Source: Fastidiosibacter lacustris (GTDB lineage: Bacteria; Pseudomonadota; Gammaproteobacteria; Francisellales; Francisellaceae). From it: a stretch of DNA of 32,000 bases. The first letter of the stretch is position 1; every line of letters starts with the position of its first letter. The stretch lies in NCBI RefSeq assembly GCF_003428155.1, contig NZ_QLIR01000004.1, forward strand, positions 60,001 through 92,000, in the 5' to 3' direction. Under the pieces are notes generated by a model. It searched no databases, was not told the DNA's origin, and was given only the letters and a program-made list of their open reading frames with translations. A program made the position numbers and the translations under genes. Below, one piece after another: positions 1-10,072 of this stretch.

Positions 1-705
1 AAAAAGCAACAGCTTGAGAGAGCCGAGACTGCTGCCAACAATATTATACACATTGCTTACACAATTGGTGATGCGATTTATGAGCCAATGGCGATGATTC
101 AAATGTCTTCAACAACTTCAGAGCAAGATAATTACAAGAAACAGGCAAATGATATTAAGGAAGCATGGAAAAAGGAGAGTCGAATGATAAATGGTGAAAT
201 AACTTTAAAACAATTTTATCAGACAGATAACTTATCCGCTGTATGCGGGATAACACATCCCCCTGTCTCATCAAACATAACATTTCCATCTTGTCTTGAA
301 GCGAATAAGCCTCATAATAGATTTAGCCAAAATAATGGTAATTTCTTTTGTCAATGTACAAGTCAACAGATTGAAAAATTTCCATTCCTTAACATGGATG
401 GAAATGTTTTCATGCAGCCAATAGGTCTGGCTAATAATGAAACACCGAAATCCGTGTTATTACGTGTGCCTTATCCTGAGCGTGGCGGTAAAGTGGACAC
501 AGGACTCGCTCTAAGAATGATAGCGTATTTAAAGAAAAACCTAATTCACACGCCAGGGTCTAAGTTTGCAATTTGTGCAGGGAAATTAAAAAAAACAGGG
601 ATGACGCGTACTGAGTTTAGGTGTAAGGATGATATTGAATCAAATGATGTACTTGATCCTAGTGTTGTCGATCAGTTTATTTATATCGATATTGCAAGAA
701 GGTAA
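1..705 (+). CDS. Partial hypothetical protein, 5' end outside the window; Cys-rich exported or minor-pilin-like protein of the pilus operon (speculative)
   Basis: The frame is open from base 1 (KKQQLERAETAANNIIHIAYTIGDAIYEP...) upstream of the listed ATG at 88. It lies immediately upstream of and co-directional with type IVb pilus genes. It contains several Cys residues. Confidence 0.5.
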   Translation, partial: KKQQLERAETAANNIIHIAYTIGDAIYEPMAMIQMSSTTSEQDNYKKQANDIKEAWKKESRMINGEITLKQFYQTDNLSAVCGITHPPVSSNITFPSCLEANKPHNRFSQNNGNFFCQCTSQQIEKFPFLNMDGNVFMQPIGLANNETPKSVLLRVPYPERGGKVDTGLALRMIAYLKKNLIHTPGSKFAICAGKLKKTGMTRTEFRCKDDIESNDVLDPSVVDQFIYIDIARR

Positions 706-712
706 AAACAAT

Positions 713-1393
713 ATGAATAAGAAAATTAATTATAAGCTAAAGTGTTTTATTAGCTTCCCAGTACTTTTATGCACGGCTATGTTGCCTTATCAACTTGCTG
801 TGGCAAATAAATTAGCAGTAGATGATCACTTTAAGCTGTTAAACCCTTATTGTATTTCAGATAAAGCTTGTGCTGATGCTGATCTTACGAAAACACATGG
901 TATGGCTAAGATTTCTTCTGATGATGAATATAATGGTTTTGCACTCATTGTGGCTGACAATTTATTAGATCAGACGTTTTCTAGCAAACAGGTATATCAG
1001 ATTTTTAGCCAAGAAAACAATGATTATGCCATAAGTATTAATCTAGACGATAAAACAGTTGCGATTGCTAAAACACAAAAAGAAGCTGATTTACTAGCAA
1101 TGTGCCCAAGACAATTATTTTATGCCGAACAAGGGCAAACTTTAAAACAGACAGTTGAACGATGGGCCTCTTATCAAGGTATTAAAGTGATATGGGAAGC
1201 ATCTGTTGATTATAAGCTTGCCGCTTCGGCACAGTTTGAGGGACAACTGTTAGCAAAAAATGGAGCATTAAACAATTTGCTAAAAGCATTTGAAGATGCT
1301 GATCATCCACTGGAAGCACAGTTAAAGACAAATAACGTTTTGCTAATTAAAGCAAAATCATATTCTGCAAACATGGTCGTCATGCAAAAGTAG
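713..1393 (+). CDS. TcpQ/PilL-like type IVb pilus biogenesis protein
   Basis: Hydrophobic signal-like N-terminus. The C-terminal TLKQTVERWASYQGIKVIWEASVDYKLAASAQFEGQ...LKAF...LKTNNVLLIKAK resembles the TcpQ domain. The ATG at 713 has GAAGG upstream and fits better than the listed 629 start, which overlaps the previous gene. Confidence 0.7.
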   Translation: MNKKINYKLKCFISFPVLLCTAMLPYQLAVANKLAVDDHFKLLNPYCISDKACADADLTKTHGMAKISSDDEYNGFALIVADNLLDQTFSSKQVYQIFSQENNDYAISINLDDKTVAIAKTQKEADLLAMCPRQLFYAEQGQTLKQTVERWASYQGIKVIWEASVDYKLAASAQFEGQLLAKNGALNNLLKAFEDADHPLEAQLKTNNVLLIKAKSYSANMVVMQK

Positions 1394-1408
1394 TTAAGGT
1401 TGTGGATA

Positions 1409-3025
1409 ATGAAAAACAATAAAAAGATATTACGTGTGTTGCTGTTGAGTAGCTTGATGCTATCGATGGCTGGTTGTAGCACTGCTATATATAAAACTGT
1501 TGATGAAAATGCAGATGCGAATATTGAGAAAACTAAGGCAATGATGTCAAACTTGAAAAAGCCAAAATCAGAGAGTTTTGTGACGATTAGTGATGAGCCT
1601 TACGTTCAAGGAGATTTAATTGATATTCAAGCACAAAACGCCTTGCCTGAAATATTTCAACGGTCATTTGCTTATAACAATACAGCAACAGGAGTAACAC
1701 TTGAAACGCTGATAGCAAAAATACAGCGAATTACTCAATCTAAGGTTGTTTTTTCGGAAGGTGCTATTGAGTATATTTCTCAGCGAGAACATCTAGCGAT
1801 GCCAGAGTCTGATATGCTAAAAAAAGAGCAGGTAGCGTATGAGATGTCGGATATTCATGATGTGATGATTCATTGTGACTATGATGGCAATATTGCCGGA
1901 TTTTTAGATTACTTTGCTTTTAAGCTTGGCATTTTTTGGAAGTATGATCAAAGTAGAAATACAGTTGAATTTTTTAGAATGGAAACAAAGACATTCCATG
2001 TTGATATTTTGACTGACAAGATTAAGACAACAGCGAAAGTCGGTAGTAACTCCAATACAGGGGTTAATCAATCTGCATCACTTCAAACTGAAAACCAAGC
2101 AGAATATGACAATCCTTGGGCAGCAGTGATTAAAACTATTAAATCTATTATTGGTAAATTGGGTACTGTGGATGAAAACTCGACACTTAACCTAATCACG
2201 GTAAAGACAACGCCACTATTAATGCGTCAAGTATCTCAGTATTTAGAAGAAATTAACCGTACAGCCAGAAAGAAAGTAGTGATTAGACTAGATGTCTATG
2301 ATGTAGATCAGAAAAATTCTTCTGGTTATGGTTTTAATTGGGATGCTGTATATAAAGCAACAAGTGGTAAAATTTCTTGGAACACTCCGACATTAACTGA
2401 TAACATTACTGGAATTAGTAATTATGGTACCCTAACAGGTGCTATTTCTTCAGGACCTTGGAGTGATTCGAAATTAATTATCAACGCTTTGCAAACGATT
2501 GGTAAAACAACACACGTGACAGGAACAACGCTTTATACGGTTAGTGGTCGTCCTGTGCCTATTCAAGTATCAACGACAACGGCTTATATTAAAAAAGTGG
2601 ATGTTGTGGTCACGGCAAGTGGCAGTGGACCAGGAGCTGTGCAACGATCAGTAACGCCTGGTGAATACACTGAAGGTTATGAAATCAAAGTCTTGCCGAT
2701 TGTTGTCAAAGGCAATGAAGTACTGGTTGATTTAAGTGTTAATTTAACGAATTTGGTACGTATGGATGAATCACAAGTTCCTGTGGATGGTAGTACACAG
2801 CCACAGACGATTAAATTGCCGTCAATACGTAATAAAAGTTTTATGCAATCTGTGCCGCTAAAGTCCGGACAAACCGTGATTTTGGCTGGTTTTGAAGACA
2901 CTAAAGATAACGCACAAACCGATAGCATTGGACCTAAAAGTACTTGGATGTTAGGTGGTTCACAAGCAGCTATAAACAACTCGACGATTACCGTTATTGT
3001 TGTAACGCCTTATTTAATACGTTAG
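1409..3025 (+). CDS. pilN: Type IVb pilus outer-membrane secretin lipoprotein, PilN/BfpB/TcpC-like
   Basis: Lipobox LSMAGC at the N-terminus. Secretin-like C-terminal half (VPIQVSTTTAYI...GYEIKVLPIV...LVDLSVNLTN...LPSIRNKSFMQSVPLKSGQTVILAGFEDT). Listed start at 1400 is TTG; ATG at 1409 is preferred. Confidence 0.85.
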   Translation: MKNNKKILRVLLLSSLMLSMAGCSTAIYKTVDENADANIEKTKAMMSNLKKPKSESFVTISDEPYVQGDLIDIQAQNALPEIFQRSFAYNNTATGVTLETLIAKIQRITQSKVVFSEGAIEYISQREHLAMPESDMLKKEQVAYEMSDIHDVMIHCDYDGNIAGFLDYFAFKLGIFWKYDQSRNTVEFFRMETKTFHVDILTDKIKTTAKVGSNSNTGVNQSASLQTENQAEYDNPWAAVIKTIKSIIGKLGTVDENSTLNLITVKTTPLLMRQVSQYLEEINRTARKKVVIRLDVYDVDQKNSSGYGFNWDAVYKATSGKISWNTPTLTDNITGISNYGTLTGAISSGPWSDSKLIINALQTIGKTTHVTGTTLYTVSGRPVPIQVSTTTAYIKKVDVVVTASGSGPGAVQRSVTPGEYTEGYEIKVLPIVVKGNEVLVDLSVNLTNLVRMDESQVPVDGSTQPQTIKLPSIRNKSFMQSVPLKSGQTVILAGFEDTKDNAQTDSIGPKSTWMLGGSQAAINNSTITVIVVTPYLIR

Positions 3026-3044
3026 GGGCTATGGAGAAGTTAAT

Positions 3045-4490
3045 ATGATCATTCATATAAATAATAACCATTATTTGATAGGACTGACGTGGCTGATGCT
3101 TGAAACAGAAAGTGCAATGATGCAAGAGTTTGAGCGTATGCATTGTGATGGCTTTCTTGTCGATACTAAGCGCGGAATTGCTGCGGGGGTGTCGCCTGAT
3201 TTATCTTTAAACAAAAATGATGTAATTGGTGCTATATCACTTGCTGCTGTGGTAAGTGAGTTATCAAAAGATGCTATTTATGTTTTCCCTTTGGCGAGTA
3301 AAAGTGGCGAATATACAGGAAAATATTGGTTGTGTTCTATTAAAAATGGCATTGTTTTGCCAACAGCATTACTTCCCGTTACTAAAGAAATAGAGTCTAA
3401 GATCTCTACTGTTAACCAATCACACGACCATATTCAACTATCAGGGGATATGATCGTTGATGAGGGGTCTTTGCATAGATTTTTGTTATATTTAGAGAAA
3501 GTTTTTTCATCAAATATATTTAGGCAAGTTTTACATTGTGATAAGGATAGTAGTGCCTTTTTTATCAATAAAATAGAATCAGATTTTGGAATTGACAGAA
3601 CAGCTATTAAAAAAAGCTCTTTAACTGAACTGCTTCTTAATGTGCCAGATCAACAACGATTTTGTATTAAACCATTGCTTAAAAATATTAAAAAGATAGC
3701 GCCAAAAAAAGGCACTGCTAATAAAAAAAGTCTTCCTATGTCACGGCGTAAGCTGATTGGATATGGAGTTTTATTATTATCATTGATGGTAGGTGGTTAC
3801 ATGTATTTTTTTAATGATTCGCCTTCCCAGCTTTCAGCTATAAAAGGAGAAGATAAGATTAAAAAGCAGCAAGAAAAAGAAGAATTTTTTAACAAAATAA
3901 ATAGTGAAATTAACAATAAGAATGCATATCCACTTATTATTAAATTTATTAATGCTATTAGCAATTTGCCTGTTTCTATTTTACAGTGGCATATCCAGAA
4001 AGTTTATTATGATGCTAGTGTATCGGATACTGTTGATGCTACTTATGTTTTATCTAGTAAAGATCATATTGTTTCACTGACTCAAGCGTCATTTAACAGT
4101 ATTCAATCATTGCAAGTAGCCTCAGTAACCGCTATAGCTGATAATATAACCAGTGCTCGTTTTAAGTTTATTTCTGATAAAAATACTTCAAAAGATCAAT
4201 CAACGTTTAACTTAAACAGTGCGGGACCCAAAGGTCATTATCGTTTTGATAAATTTATTGAAGAACTAAAACTCAGGGGGATGAACTTTAACTTGGCAAA
4301 AGCTCAGGTGTTGTCTTATGAGCTTCGCAAACACCCATTAACCATTTTAGGTCAGGGAATGCGGGAGCTTTTGTCGATAGCAGCAATGGCAAAAGAGCTT
4401 AATACATTTGTTTTAGTAAGTGTTGAAATACAAAATCATCAAAATACACCCATATCATGGGTTGTTAAAGGAGAGGTATATGAAGCATAG
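3045..4490 (+). CDS. pilO: Type IVb pilus protein PilO (PilO2-like)
   Basis: Lies between the secretin and pilP with a single central TM segment (LIGYGVLLLSLMVGGYMYFF). Domain layout is as in R64 PilO. GGAGAAG ribosome-binding site upstream. Confidence 0.65.
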   Translation: MIIHINNNHYLIGLTWLMLETESAMMQEFERMHCDGFLVDTKRGIAAGVSPDLSLNKNDVIGAISLAAVVSELSKDAIYVFPLASKSGEYTGKYWLCSIKNGIVLPTALLPVTKEIESKISTVNQSHDHIQLSGDMIVDEGSLHRFLLYLEKVFSSNIFRQVLHCDKDSSAFFINKIESDFGIDRTAIKKSSLTELLLNVPDQQRFCIKPLLKNIKKIAPKKGTANKKSLPMSRRKLIGYGVLLLSLMVGGYMYFFNDSPSQLSAIKGEDKIKKQQEKEEFFNKINSEINNKNAYPLIIKFINAISNLPVSILQWHIQKVYYDASVSDTVDATYVLSSKDHIVSLTQASFNSIQSLQVASVTAIADNITSARFKFISDKNTSKDQSTFNLNSAGPKGHYRFDKFIEELKLRGMNFNLAKAQVLSYELRKHPLTILGQGMRELLSIAAMAKELNTFVLVSVEIQNHQNTPISWVVKGEVYEA

Positions 4491-4971
4491 AATGATACGC
4501 TGTGCGTTGTTTTTTGTTGCACTAAACTCGGCAGTAGCAATGGCTTATACACAAACAAATTCATCGCAAACGTATGCAATTGATTCAACACAGGAATATT
4601 ATAAGAGTATTCAAGCGCAAGATCATTTGCATGCACAGATTGAACAGCAAGCACTTGAGAATAAAGCCATGCAGCAAAAGATAGATAGTTATAAATTGCA
4701 AAGGCAGCTTGCTGCCATTGGCAAATCGAAAGCATCATTAAGTGGAGCTTCGGCTAAGCAAGGTGACTATAGTATTGAAGTTGCTGAAGTATCAAAAGAA
4801 GATGGCATTTGGGAAGCAGTGATTTGGTATCATGCCAAAAAACATGAGCTTAAGGTTGGTGATATGCTGGAGGGTCGTTATAAAGTCGCTTCAATTAATG
4901 CCAATAAAGTGATACTCCTTGATGCTACAAGTCTTGATAAAGAGAGATACTTGACGATTGATGTTGGCTAA
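4480..4971 (+). CDS. pilP: Type IV pilus biogenesis protein PilP
   Basis: Signal peptide MKHRMIRCALFFVALNSAVAMA, coiled segment, then a small beta domain (KHELKVGDMLEGRYKVASINANKVIL). GGAGAGG ribosome-binding site before ATG 4480. Synteny O-P-Q. Confidence 0.7.
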   Translation: MKHRMIRCALFFVALNSAVAMAYTQTNSSQTYAIDSTQEYYKSIQAQDHLHAQIEQQALENKAMQQKIDSYKLQRQLAAIGKSKASLSGASAKQGDYSIEVAEVSKEDGIWEAVIWYHAKKHELKVGDMLEGRYKVASINANKVILLDATSLDKERYLTIDVG

Positions 4972-4996
4972 ATTTAGTTAGGATGTAAAAGTATTT

Positions 4997-6625
4997 ATGA
5001 GTAGCAAATATCAAACAGTAGGCGATATTTACGGCAATATCTATCAGCCACAAAGTACCGGTGCGTATAAGCATATTGGTTCACTAAATGAGTTAGACTT
5101 TAGTATTCAAAAAGTAATTAGTGAGTCGATTAGAAAAGAACAATACGTTTTTGCTAAGGCACTCAAAGATGGTCGTCAAGAGATTATCGTAGCCTTTATT
5201 TCAACAGACGTACCTGAAGCACGCTATGAACATATTAAAAAACAAGTAAAGAGTTACGTTAAAGGCGATATACCGATTGTTGTCCAGCCAGTTTCCCCCC
5301 TATTGTTAGATGATGTTATTGCGTTAGCATCAGAAGATGAAATTGATACAGGCATTTTAAGTGAATTTTATAACATTGTGAAAGAGGCGGTAGACAACCA
5401 TGCCTCAGATATCCATATTGAAGCAACTGCCACAAAGGTTGAATTAAAGCATCGCATTAATGGTTTGGTATATTTACATAAAGAATATGATGCGGATGTG
5501 ATGCTTAAGGTGCTTCGTGCTATTTATAACACCAAAGGACATTATGGTACAGTTGATAAACAACTAGATTTATACAATAAAGCACAGCAAGCAGTAATTG
5601 ATCAAAATATTGCTGGCATGGTATATCGACTAAGGTTCCAAAGTACTCCTTTATATCCTTATGGTTATAATGTTGTTATGCGTGTATTATCGATGGGTAA
5701 AAAACAAAGCCAAACGATAAATTCATTAGGTTATTCCTCTCAACAAGTTGAATTAATAGATAAAGCCTTGACTGCACCGGAAGGAGTGATTATTTTTTCT
5801 GGTGAAACTGGTTCGGGGAAAAGTACCTCTTTGTCAGTGGTATTGAAATTAATGGTTGATCGCAGTCGTCGACAGAAAAAAATCCTTACAATCGAGTCAC
5901 CTCCTGAGTATATTATTGATGGTGCTTGCCAAATTCCTGTTCATGAAACGGCAGATGATACAAGTCAGATGACATTAGAAAAGTTTAATCATACTTTTAA
6001 AGCAGCAATGCGGCTTGATCCTGATGTTATTATGGCAGGAGAAATTCGTGATCGCTCATCTGCGGCATTGTTGCAACAGGCAGTGCAATCGGGGCATAAG
6101 GTGCTAACAACATTACATGCGCAAAATGCTTTTTTATGTATTGATCGTTTAATGGGAATTGGTATTGATAGAGATGTTTTATTATCACCTAAATTTTTAT
6201 CGCTGATTGTTCACCAAACCCTTATTCCAATTGTATGTCCTCGGTGTGCTTGGAGTTATGATAAATATCAATCCATATATCCTGATTGTCAGATATTGCA
6301 AAGGTTGCAAAATATTAATCGCTATTATGGTAATGATGACCATCGGTTAGCCGATGTGCATTTTGCCAACCCAGATGGATGTATTCACTGTGATCATAAA
6401 GCGGCGATTGGTCGCGAGGTGGTGGCTGAAATATTAGCACCAACGGAGAAAATATTAGAAAAAATTAATTTAGGTAAGCATCAACAAGCAAGAGAAATAT
6501 GGCATCAAAATGGTGGTAAAACGATTAGCTACCATGCCTTTGAAAAAGTGTTATCAGGTTTGCTTTGCCCTGTTATTTATGAGTATAAAATGGGTCGCTT
6601 AGATCAGTTGGAGGGGGTTTTATGA
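4997..6625 (+). CDS. pilQ: Type IVb pilus assembly ATPase, GspE family (PilQ/BfpD-like)
   Basis: Walker A GETGSGKST, Asp-box/Walker B region RLDPDVIMAGEIRD, HAQNA motif, and CxxC pairs CPRCAWSY/CIHCD. Confidence 0.92.
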   Translation: MSSKYQTVGDIYGNIYQPQSTGAYKHIGSLNELDFSIQKVISESIRKEQYVFAKALKDGRQEIIVAFISTDVPEARYEHIKKQVKSYVKGDIPIVVQPVSPLLLDDVIALASEDEIDTGILSEFYNIVKEAVDNHASDIHIEATATKVELKHRINGLVYLHKEYDADVMLKVLRAIYNTKGHYGTVDKQLDLYNKAQQAVIDQNIAGMVYRLRFQSTPLYPYGYNVVMRVLSMGKKQSQTINSLGYSSQQVELIDKALTAPEGVIIFSGETGSGKSTSLSVVLKLMVDRSRRQKKILTIESPPEYIIDGACQIPVHETADDTSQMTLEKFNHTFKAAMRLDPDVIMAGEIRDRSSAALLQQAVQSGHKVLTTLHAQNAFLCIDRLMGIGIDRDVLLSPKFLSLIVHQTLIPIVCPRCAWSYDKYQSIYPDCQILQRLQNINRYYGNDDHRLADVHFANPDGCIHCDHKAAIGREVVAEILAPTEKILEKINLGKHQQAREIWHQNGGKTISYHAFEKVLSGLLCPVIYEYKMGRLDQLEGVL

Positions 6626-7755
6626 TAATATCTTCATTAAAATCAATGATTTTACGCTTGCGTGGAGTGCGTGAAAGTAAAAAGCAGGATACCTCCAAAA
6701 AGTACAATATGTTAATGGTTTTTGTTTTACGTCTATTTTTTTCTAACCGTGTGCGTGCATCATTGTATCAAAATATTATTTTGGTGATGAGTAACAGCAG
6801 CTTGAGTATCTATGGAACACTGGTGGCATTAAAGGAAAAATATCAATATTATCGATCATTTAACAATAAAGTTTTGGCAACAATTTTACAAGATTGGATT
6901 ACTAAAATTGAATACGATGGTATGACGTTTGATGAAGCGATTAAGCCTTATATTCCAGAAAATGAACATATGATGATTAAGGCAAACTTTGATAATCCGA
7001 TCAATGCGCTTGATTATGCTAGCTCACTCACTCAAAAGTTTGCCTTGTTAGCCAAGAAAATTGCCATCGGTATGATTATGCCAACAATTTCAATATTAGT
7101 TTTAATTGGTGTTATTGTTGGTTGTTCATTAAAGGTAATTCCGATGTTATTGGAATCGTTACCAAAAGAGAACTTATCAGGAAACATAGCAGATTTTATT
7201 GCGTTAAACGATTATATTACAGGTCATACTTGGCATATTATTTTGCTTGCTATTGTACTTTTTATTATGCTTCCTATTATTGTTAAGCGTTGGACTTTTA
7301 ATATACGTTACCATTTGTTTGATAAATTATGGGGATTTGCTGAGTATAAAAGAATACAGGCAACAAGTGTCCTTATTTCCTTAGCATCATTACTTAGCTC
7401 AGGAAAGAGCTTTAACATGGCATTTATGTTAATTGAAAATAACTGCTCTCATTACTTAAAGCAATATATTAGCAAGATTAGATTGATGATGTCACAAGAT
7501 GGAGTTTCTGCTGGACGTGCTTTAGCAAGTGTTAACCTTTTTAACAACAATACATCATTGCTTTTGGATATTTACACCGATACAGGTGCAATTGAACAAG
7601 GGTTACTTGCATTAAGTGAGCGTGTATTGGAAACGGAGATTGAAGCAATTGTAACAAAAATGAAGATGATTGGTTTTATTATCTTAAGTTTATCAATGAG
7701 CTATATTGGCTTTTTTTATTTCTCAGTTGCTACTTTGTCAGACAGCATGAAATAA
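6622..7755 (+). CDS. pilR: Type IVb pilus inner-membrane platform protein, GspF family (PilR/BfpE-like)
   Basis: Multiple TM segments with GspF-type internal repeats. ATGA overlap with the pilQ stop indicates translational coupling. Confidence 0.82.
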   Translation: MIISSLKSMILRLRGVRESKKQDTSKKYNMLMVFVLRLFFSNRVRASLYQNIILVMSNSSLSIYGTLVALKEKYQYYRSFNNKVLATILQDWITKIEYDGMTFDEAIKPYIPENEHMMIKANFDNPINALDYASSLTQKFALLAKKIAIGMIMPTISILVLIGVIVGCSLKVIPMLLESLPKENLSGNIADFIALNDYITGHTWHIILLAIVLFIMLPIIVKRWTFNIRYHLFDKLWGFAEYKRIQATSVLISLASLLSSGKSFNMAFMLIENNCSHYLKQYISKIRLMMSQDGVSAGRALASVNLFNNNTSLLLDIYTDTGAIEQGLLALSERVLETEIEAIVTKMKMIGFIILSLSMSYIGFFYFSVATLSDSMK

Positions 7756-7854
7756 ATTAGATTTTGGATACAAAACGGAATGCACGCTAACGCTTGGTCT
7801 AGGCATTAAATTGACTGTTTAGAGGGTATACAAATAACAAATTTGTTGTCCTTT

Positions 7855-9744
7855 CTAAGGAGTTTCATTTTTTGCATAATTGTACATTTTACCGACTTTC
7901 GTTTGCATGATGGTACTATAGTCTGAAGCATATATTCCATCTTTTCGCTCATTCTTACTCCATTGACCGATAATTGTCTTTAATTGTTGTTGTCCATTTG
8001 GCGTGTTTGTCCATATTTCAGCAATAGGAGTATCAAACCACTTGATTGCATAGTTTTTAAATATCCAAGAATTTTTAAGGTTATCCTTTAACCACTCTTG
8101 CCACCGTGAGTGTTTTATCCATCGTTGTCCCTCTATTGTGGTAATCCAGATACTACCAGCTTTTGAAGATAGAAAATTAGCAAACTCTGAATCGAAATAC
8201 CAGTTTGAGAAGTCATGGTTATCCATGATGATAACATAATCAAAAATTAAACGCTGTAATTCCGCACTTTGCTTTATTGCTTGTAAACCTACATCTTTAT
8301 TTAACCAATTGATGAAAATTGGTTTCATTCTACCATTCCTATCCGATTGCCATAGTTTGCCTTGTGGAGTTTGTAGCCACTTAATTCCAGTTTCAGTGGC
8401 TAACCAGACACCCCCCACATAAGATGATAAAAACTGATCTAAGTCGGAATCGTACCACCAGCCAGATATGTGATTAGCATTTTCTACTTTTTGAAGAAAA
8501 ACTTTCTCCATTTTGTTTGCTATATCATGTGCTTGATTGAGATTCTCTTTATGAATAAGAGATTTTGCAATGGTATAACCATTTTTGTTTCCTTGGAAAA
8601 AATGTAAGTAATCCTGACCTTCAGAAAACTCTAACCACTTAAGTCCAGATGGCGTTAATAACCATTTAATTCCAGATTCTGTATACAGCCAGGTATTTCC
8701 TGCTTTGGTGCTTAATAGTTTATCTATAGGGGATTGAAAACTGGTAAAAGAATAAGCAATACCTTGAAGGATATTTGCCGCCATAACAGAAATAGTCAGT
8801 ACAGCAGGTATTGTTAATACATATTTAAATCCATTTTCATTAGTGGGAGTGCTTTTCTCTGGGAGCGGTTCTTTCGCCTTTGGGTTATTATTGGCTCCGG
8901 CATTAGCAACCGTCTCTTCTGTCTTCACGGAATCAATGTTGCGACCAAGAACAATAACGATCGCAGTTAGTGTTGTATAGGCAAAAAGACTCGATATGCC
9001 GGGCCAGCTAAAATTATTTGTTAAGGTTAGTATTTTGTTATCTGAAAGGGAATTTGCTGCAAGTAACATTGCTTGCTCACCTTGAGGACTAAGCACCCAA
9101 GCTTGTGCATTGTCTGTGCTCAACCATTGACGAACAATGGATGAATCCGACTGAAGCCAATTTTTCCCTTCATTTGATGCTAACCAGGTTTTACCTTTAT
9201 TTGACTTTAACCATAATAAACCTTGATCACTTGATAGCAACTCACTCACGTTTTCTTCACGGTAAATGGCATTTTGGATTTTGTCGTAAAATTTTTTATC
9301 TATGATTTGTTCATACGGATCATTAAATTGACTTGTAATATTTAGGTTATTTTCAATGTCAGCTTGTTGTAAGTTTTTAGGATTGGCTATTACAACTTCA
9401 ATAACCGTTTGCTGTGAATGTATAGAAGGAATGGTTATGATATTTTCAGTAACTTGTTGTGGATTTGTAGATTGAGAGGTTCTGATATCTTCAGAGTCTA
9501 TGTGCTGTGGAGTTAGAGGTGAGACGTTTAGCTCGTTTTCAGCCACTGGTTGCTCTAGATTAATAGAGTTCTCTAACTCGTTTTCAATTTGAATATTGGG
9601 TTGTTCCTCTGTTTGTGCATAGCTTAGGTTAACGTTACTTATGAATACAGCAAGAAGATAAACGATAATTTTTTTAGAAATCACTTTTGATTGAGTTTTA
9701 TTGATTTGAACATTACTTCGTCGTGTAATATTTTCTAATTCCAT
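7855..9744 (-). CDS. Uncharacterised exported membrane protein with Trp-rich nonapeptide (xxGxxWLx[S/T]) repeat blocks, paralog A
   Basis: ORF of 629 aa with AGGAG ribosome-binding site, signal-like N-terminus ending NLSYA, two later TM segments and four blocks of 9-aa repeats (for example KAGNTWLYTESGIKWLLTPSGLKWLEF). Aligns along its length with the 10073-11614 product. Confidence 0.85.
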   Translation of the reverse strand: MELENITRRSNVQINKTQSKVISKKIIVYLLAVFISNVNLSYAQTEEQPNIQIENELENSINLEQPVAENELNVSPLTPQHIDSEDIRTSQSTNPQQVTENIITIPSIHSQQTVIEVVIANPKNLQQADIENNLNITSQFNDPYEQIIDKKFYDKIQNAIYREENVSELLSSDQGLLWLKSNKGKTWLASNEGKNWLQSDSSIVRQWLSTDNAQAWVLSPQGEQAMLLAANSLSDNKILTLTNNFSWPGISSLFAYTTLTAIVIVLGRNIDSVKTEETVANAGANNNPKAKEPLPEKSTPTNENGFKYVLTIPAVLTISVMAANILQGIAYSFTSFQSPIDKLLSTKAGNTWLYTESGIKWLLTPSGLKWLEFSEGQDYLHFFQGNKNGYTIAKSLIHKENLNQAHDIANKMEKVFLQKVENANHISGWWYDSDLDQFLSSYVGGVWLATETGIKWLQTPQGKLWQSDRNGRMKPIFINWLNKDVGLQAIKQSAELQRLIFDYVIIMDNHDFSNWYFDSEFANFLSSKAGSIWITTIEGQRWIKHSRWQEWLKDNLKNSWIFKNYAIKWFDTPIAEIWTNTPNGQQQLKTIIGQWSKNERKDGIYASDYSTIMQTKVGKMYNYAKNETP

Positions 9745-10020
9745 ATTTATTTACTCCTTAAGTTTAATCAACCAATTCCTTTCCGATAGTATTCAAAACA
9801 TGTTATTACTCATCGCAAATCTGTAAAACTATCTGGGACAAGTTAGTTAACTTCATTATGAACACAAGTTGATTATCAAAACCAAATGATAAAAAATCAC
9901 TGGTTTTTGTTGTATAAGAGTATAAATATGAAACAACTATTGAATGTTTTTAAAGATCTTGATTTATATGTGAAACAGACAGCATGACGTAGAGAATGCA
10001 CGAAATGTTATTGTTGAACA

Positions 10021-10050
10021 TTAACATAGGCAATCCATTGCCTATGTTAA
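10021..10050. terminator. Perfect hairpin downstream of paralog B, possible terminator or 3'-end structure
   Basis: TTAACATAGGCAA-tcca-TTGCCTATGTTAA: 13-bp stem and 4-nt loop, 23 bp past the paralog B stop. The T-rich run lies on the plus-strand side, so orientation as a rho-independent terminator is uncertain. Confidence 0.45.
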
Positions 10051-10072
10051 ATGTATTTTTTTACTGTTTACT

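Noticed and set aside
2677-2979. Antisense ORF inside the secretin gene
   Set aside because: Fully inside a well-supported CDS on the other strand, with no recognisable product.
8411-8416. G6 tract (minus strand) in paralog A, and C6/G6 runs near 5290 and 12466
   Set aside because: Six-base runs are too short to be persuasive phase-variation tracts compared with the G10 in the pilin gene.
9105-9305. Plus-strand ORF inside WL-repeat paralog A, and likewise 11296-11505 inside paralog B
   Set aside because: Shadow ORFs opposite repeat-coding sequence; arise from codon bias of the sense strand.
9928-9987. 19-codon ORF MKQLLNVFKDLDLYVKQTA between the paralogs
   Set aside because: Too short and without supporting features; could be a gene remnant but not supportable.
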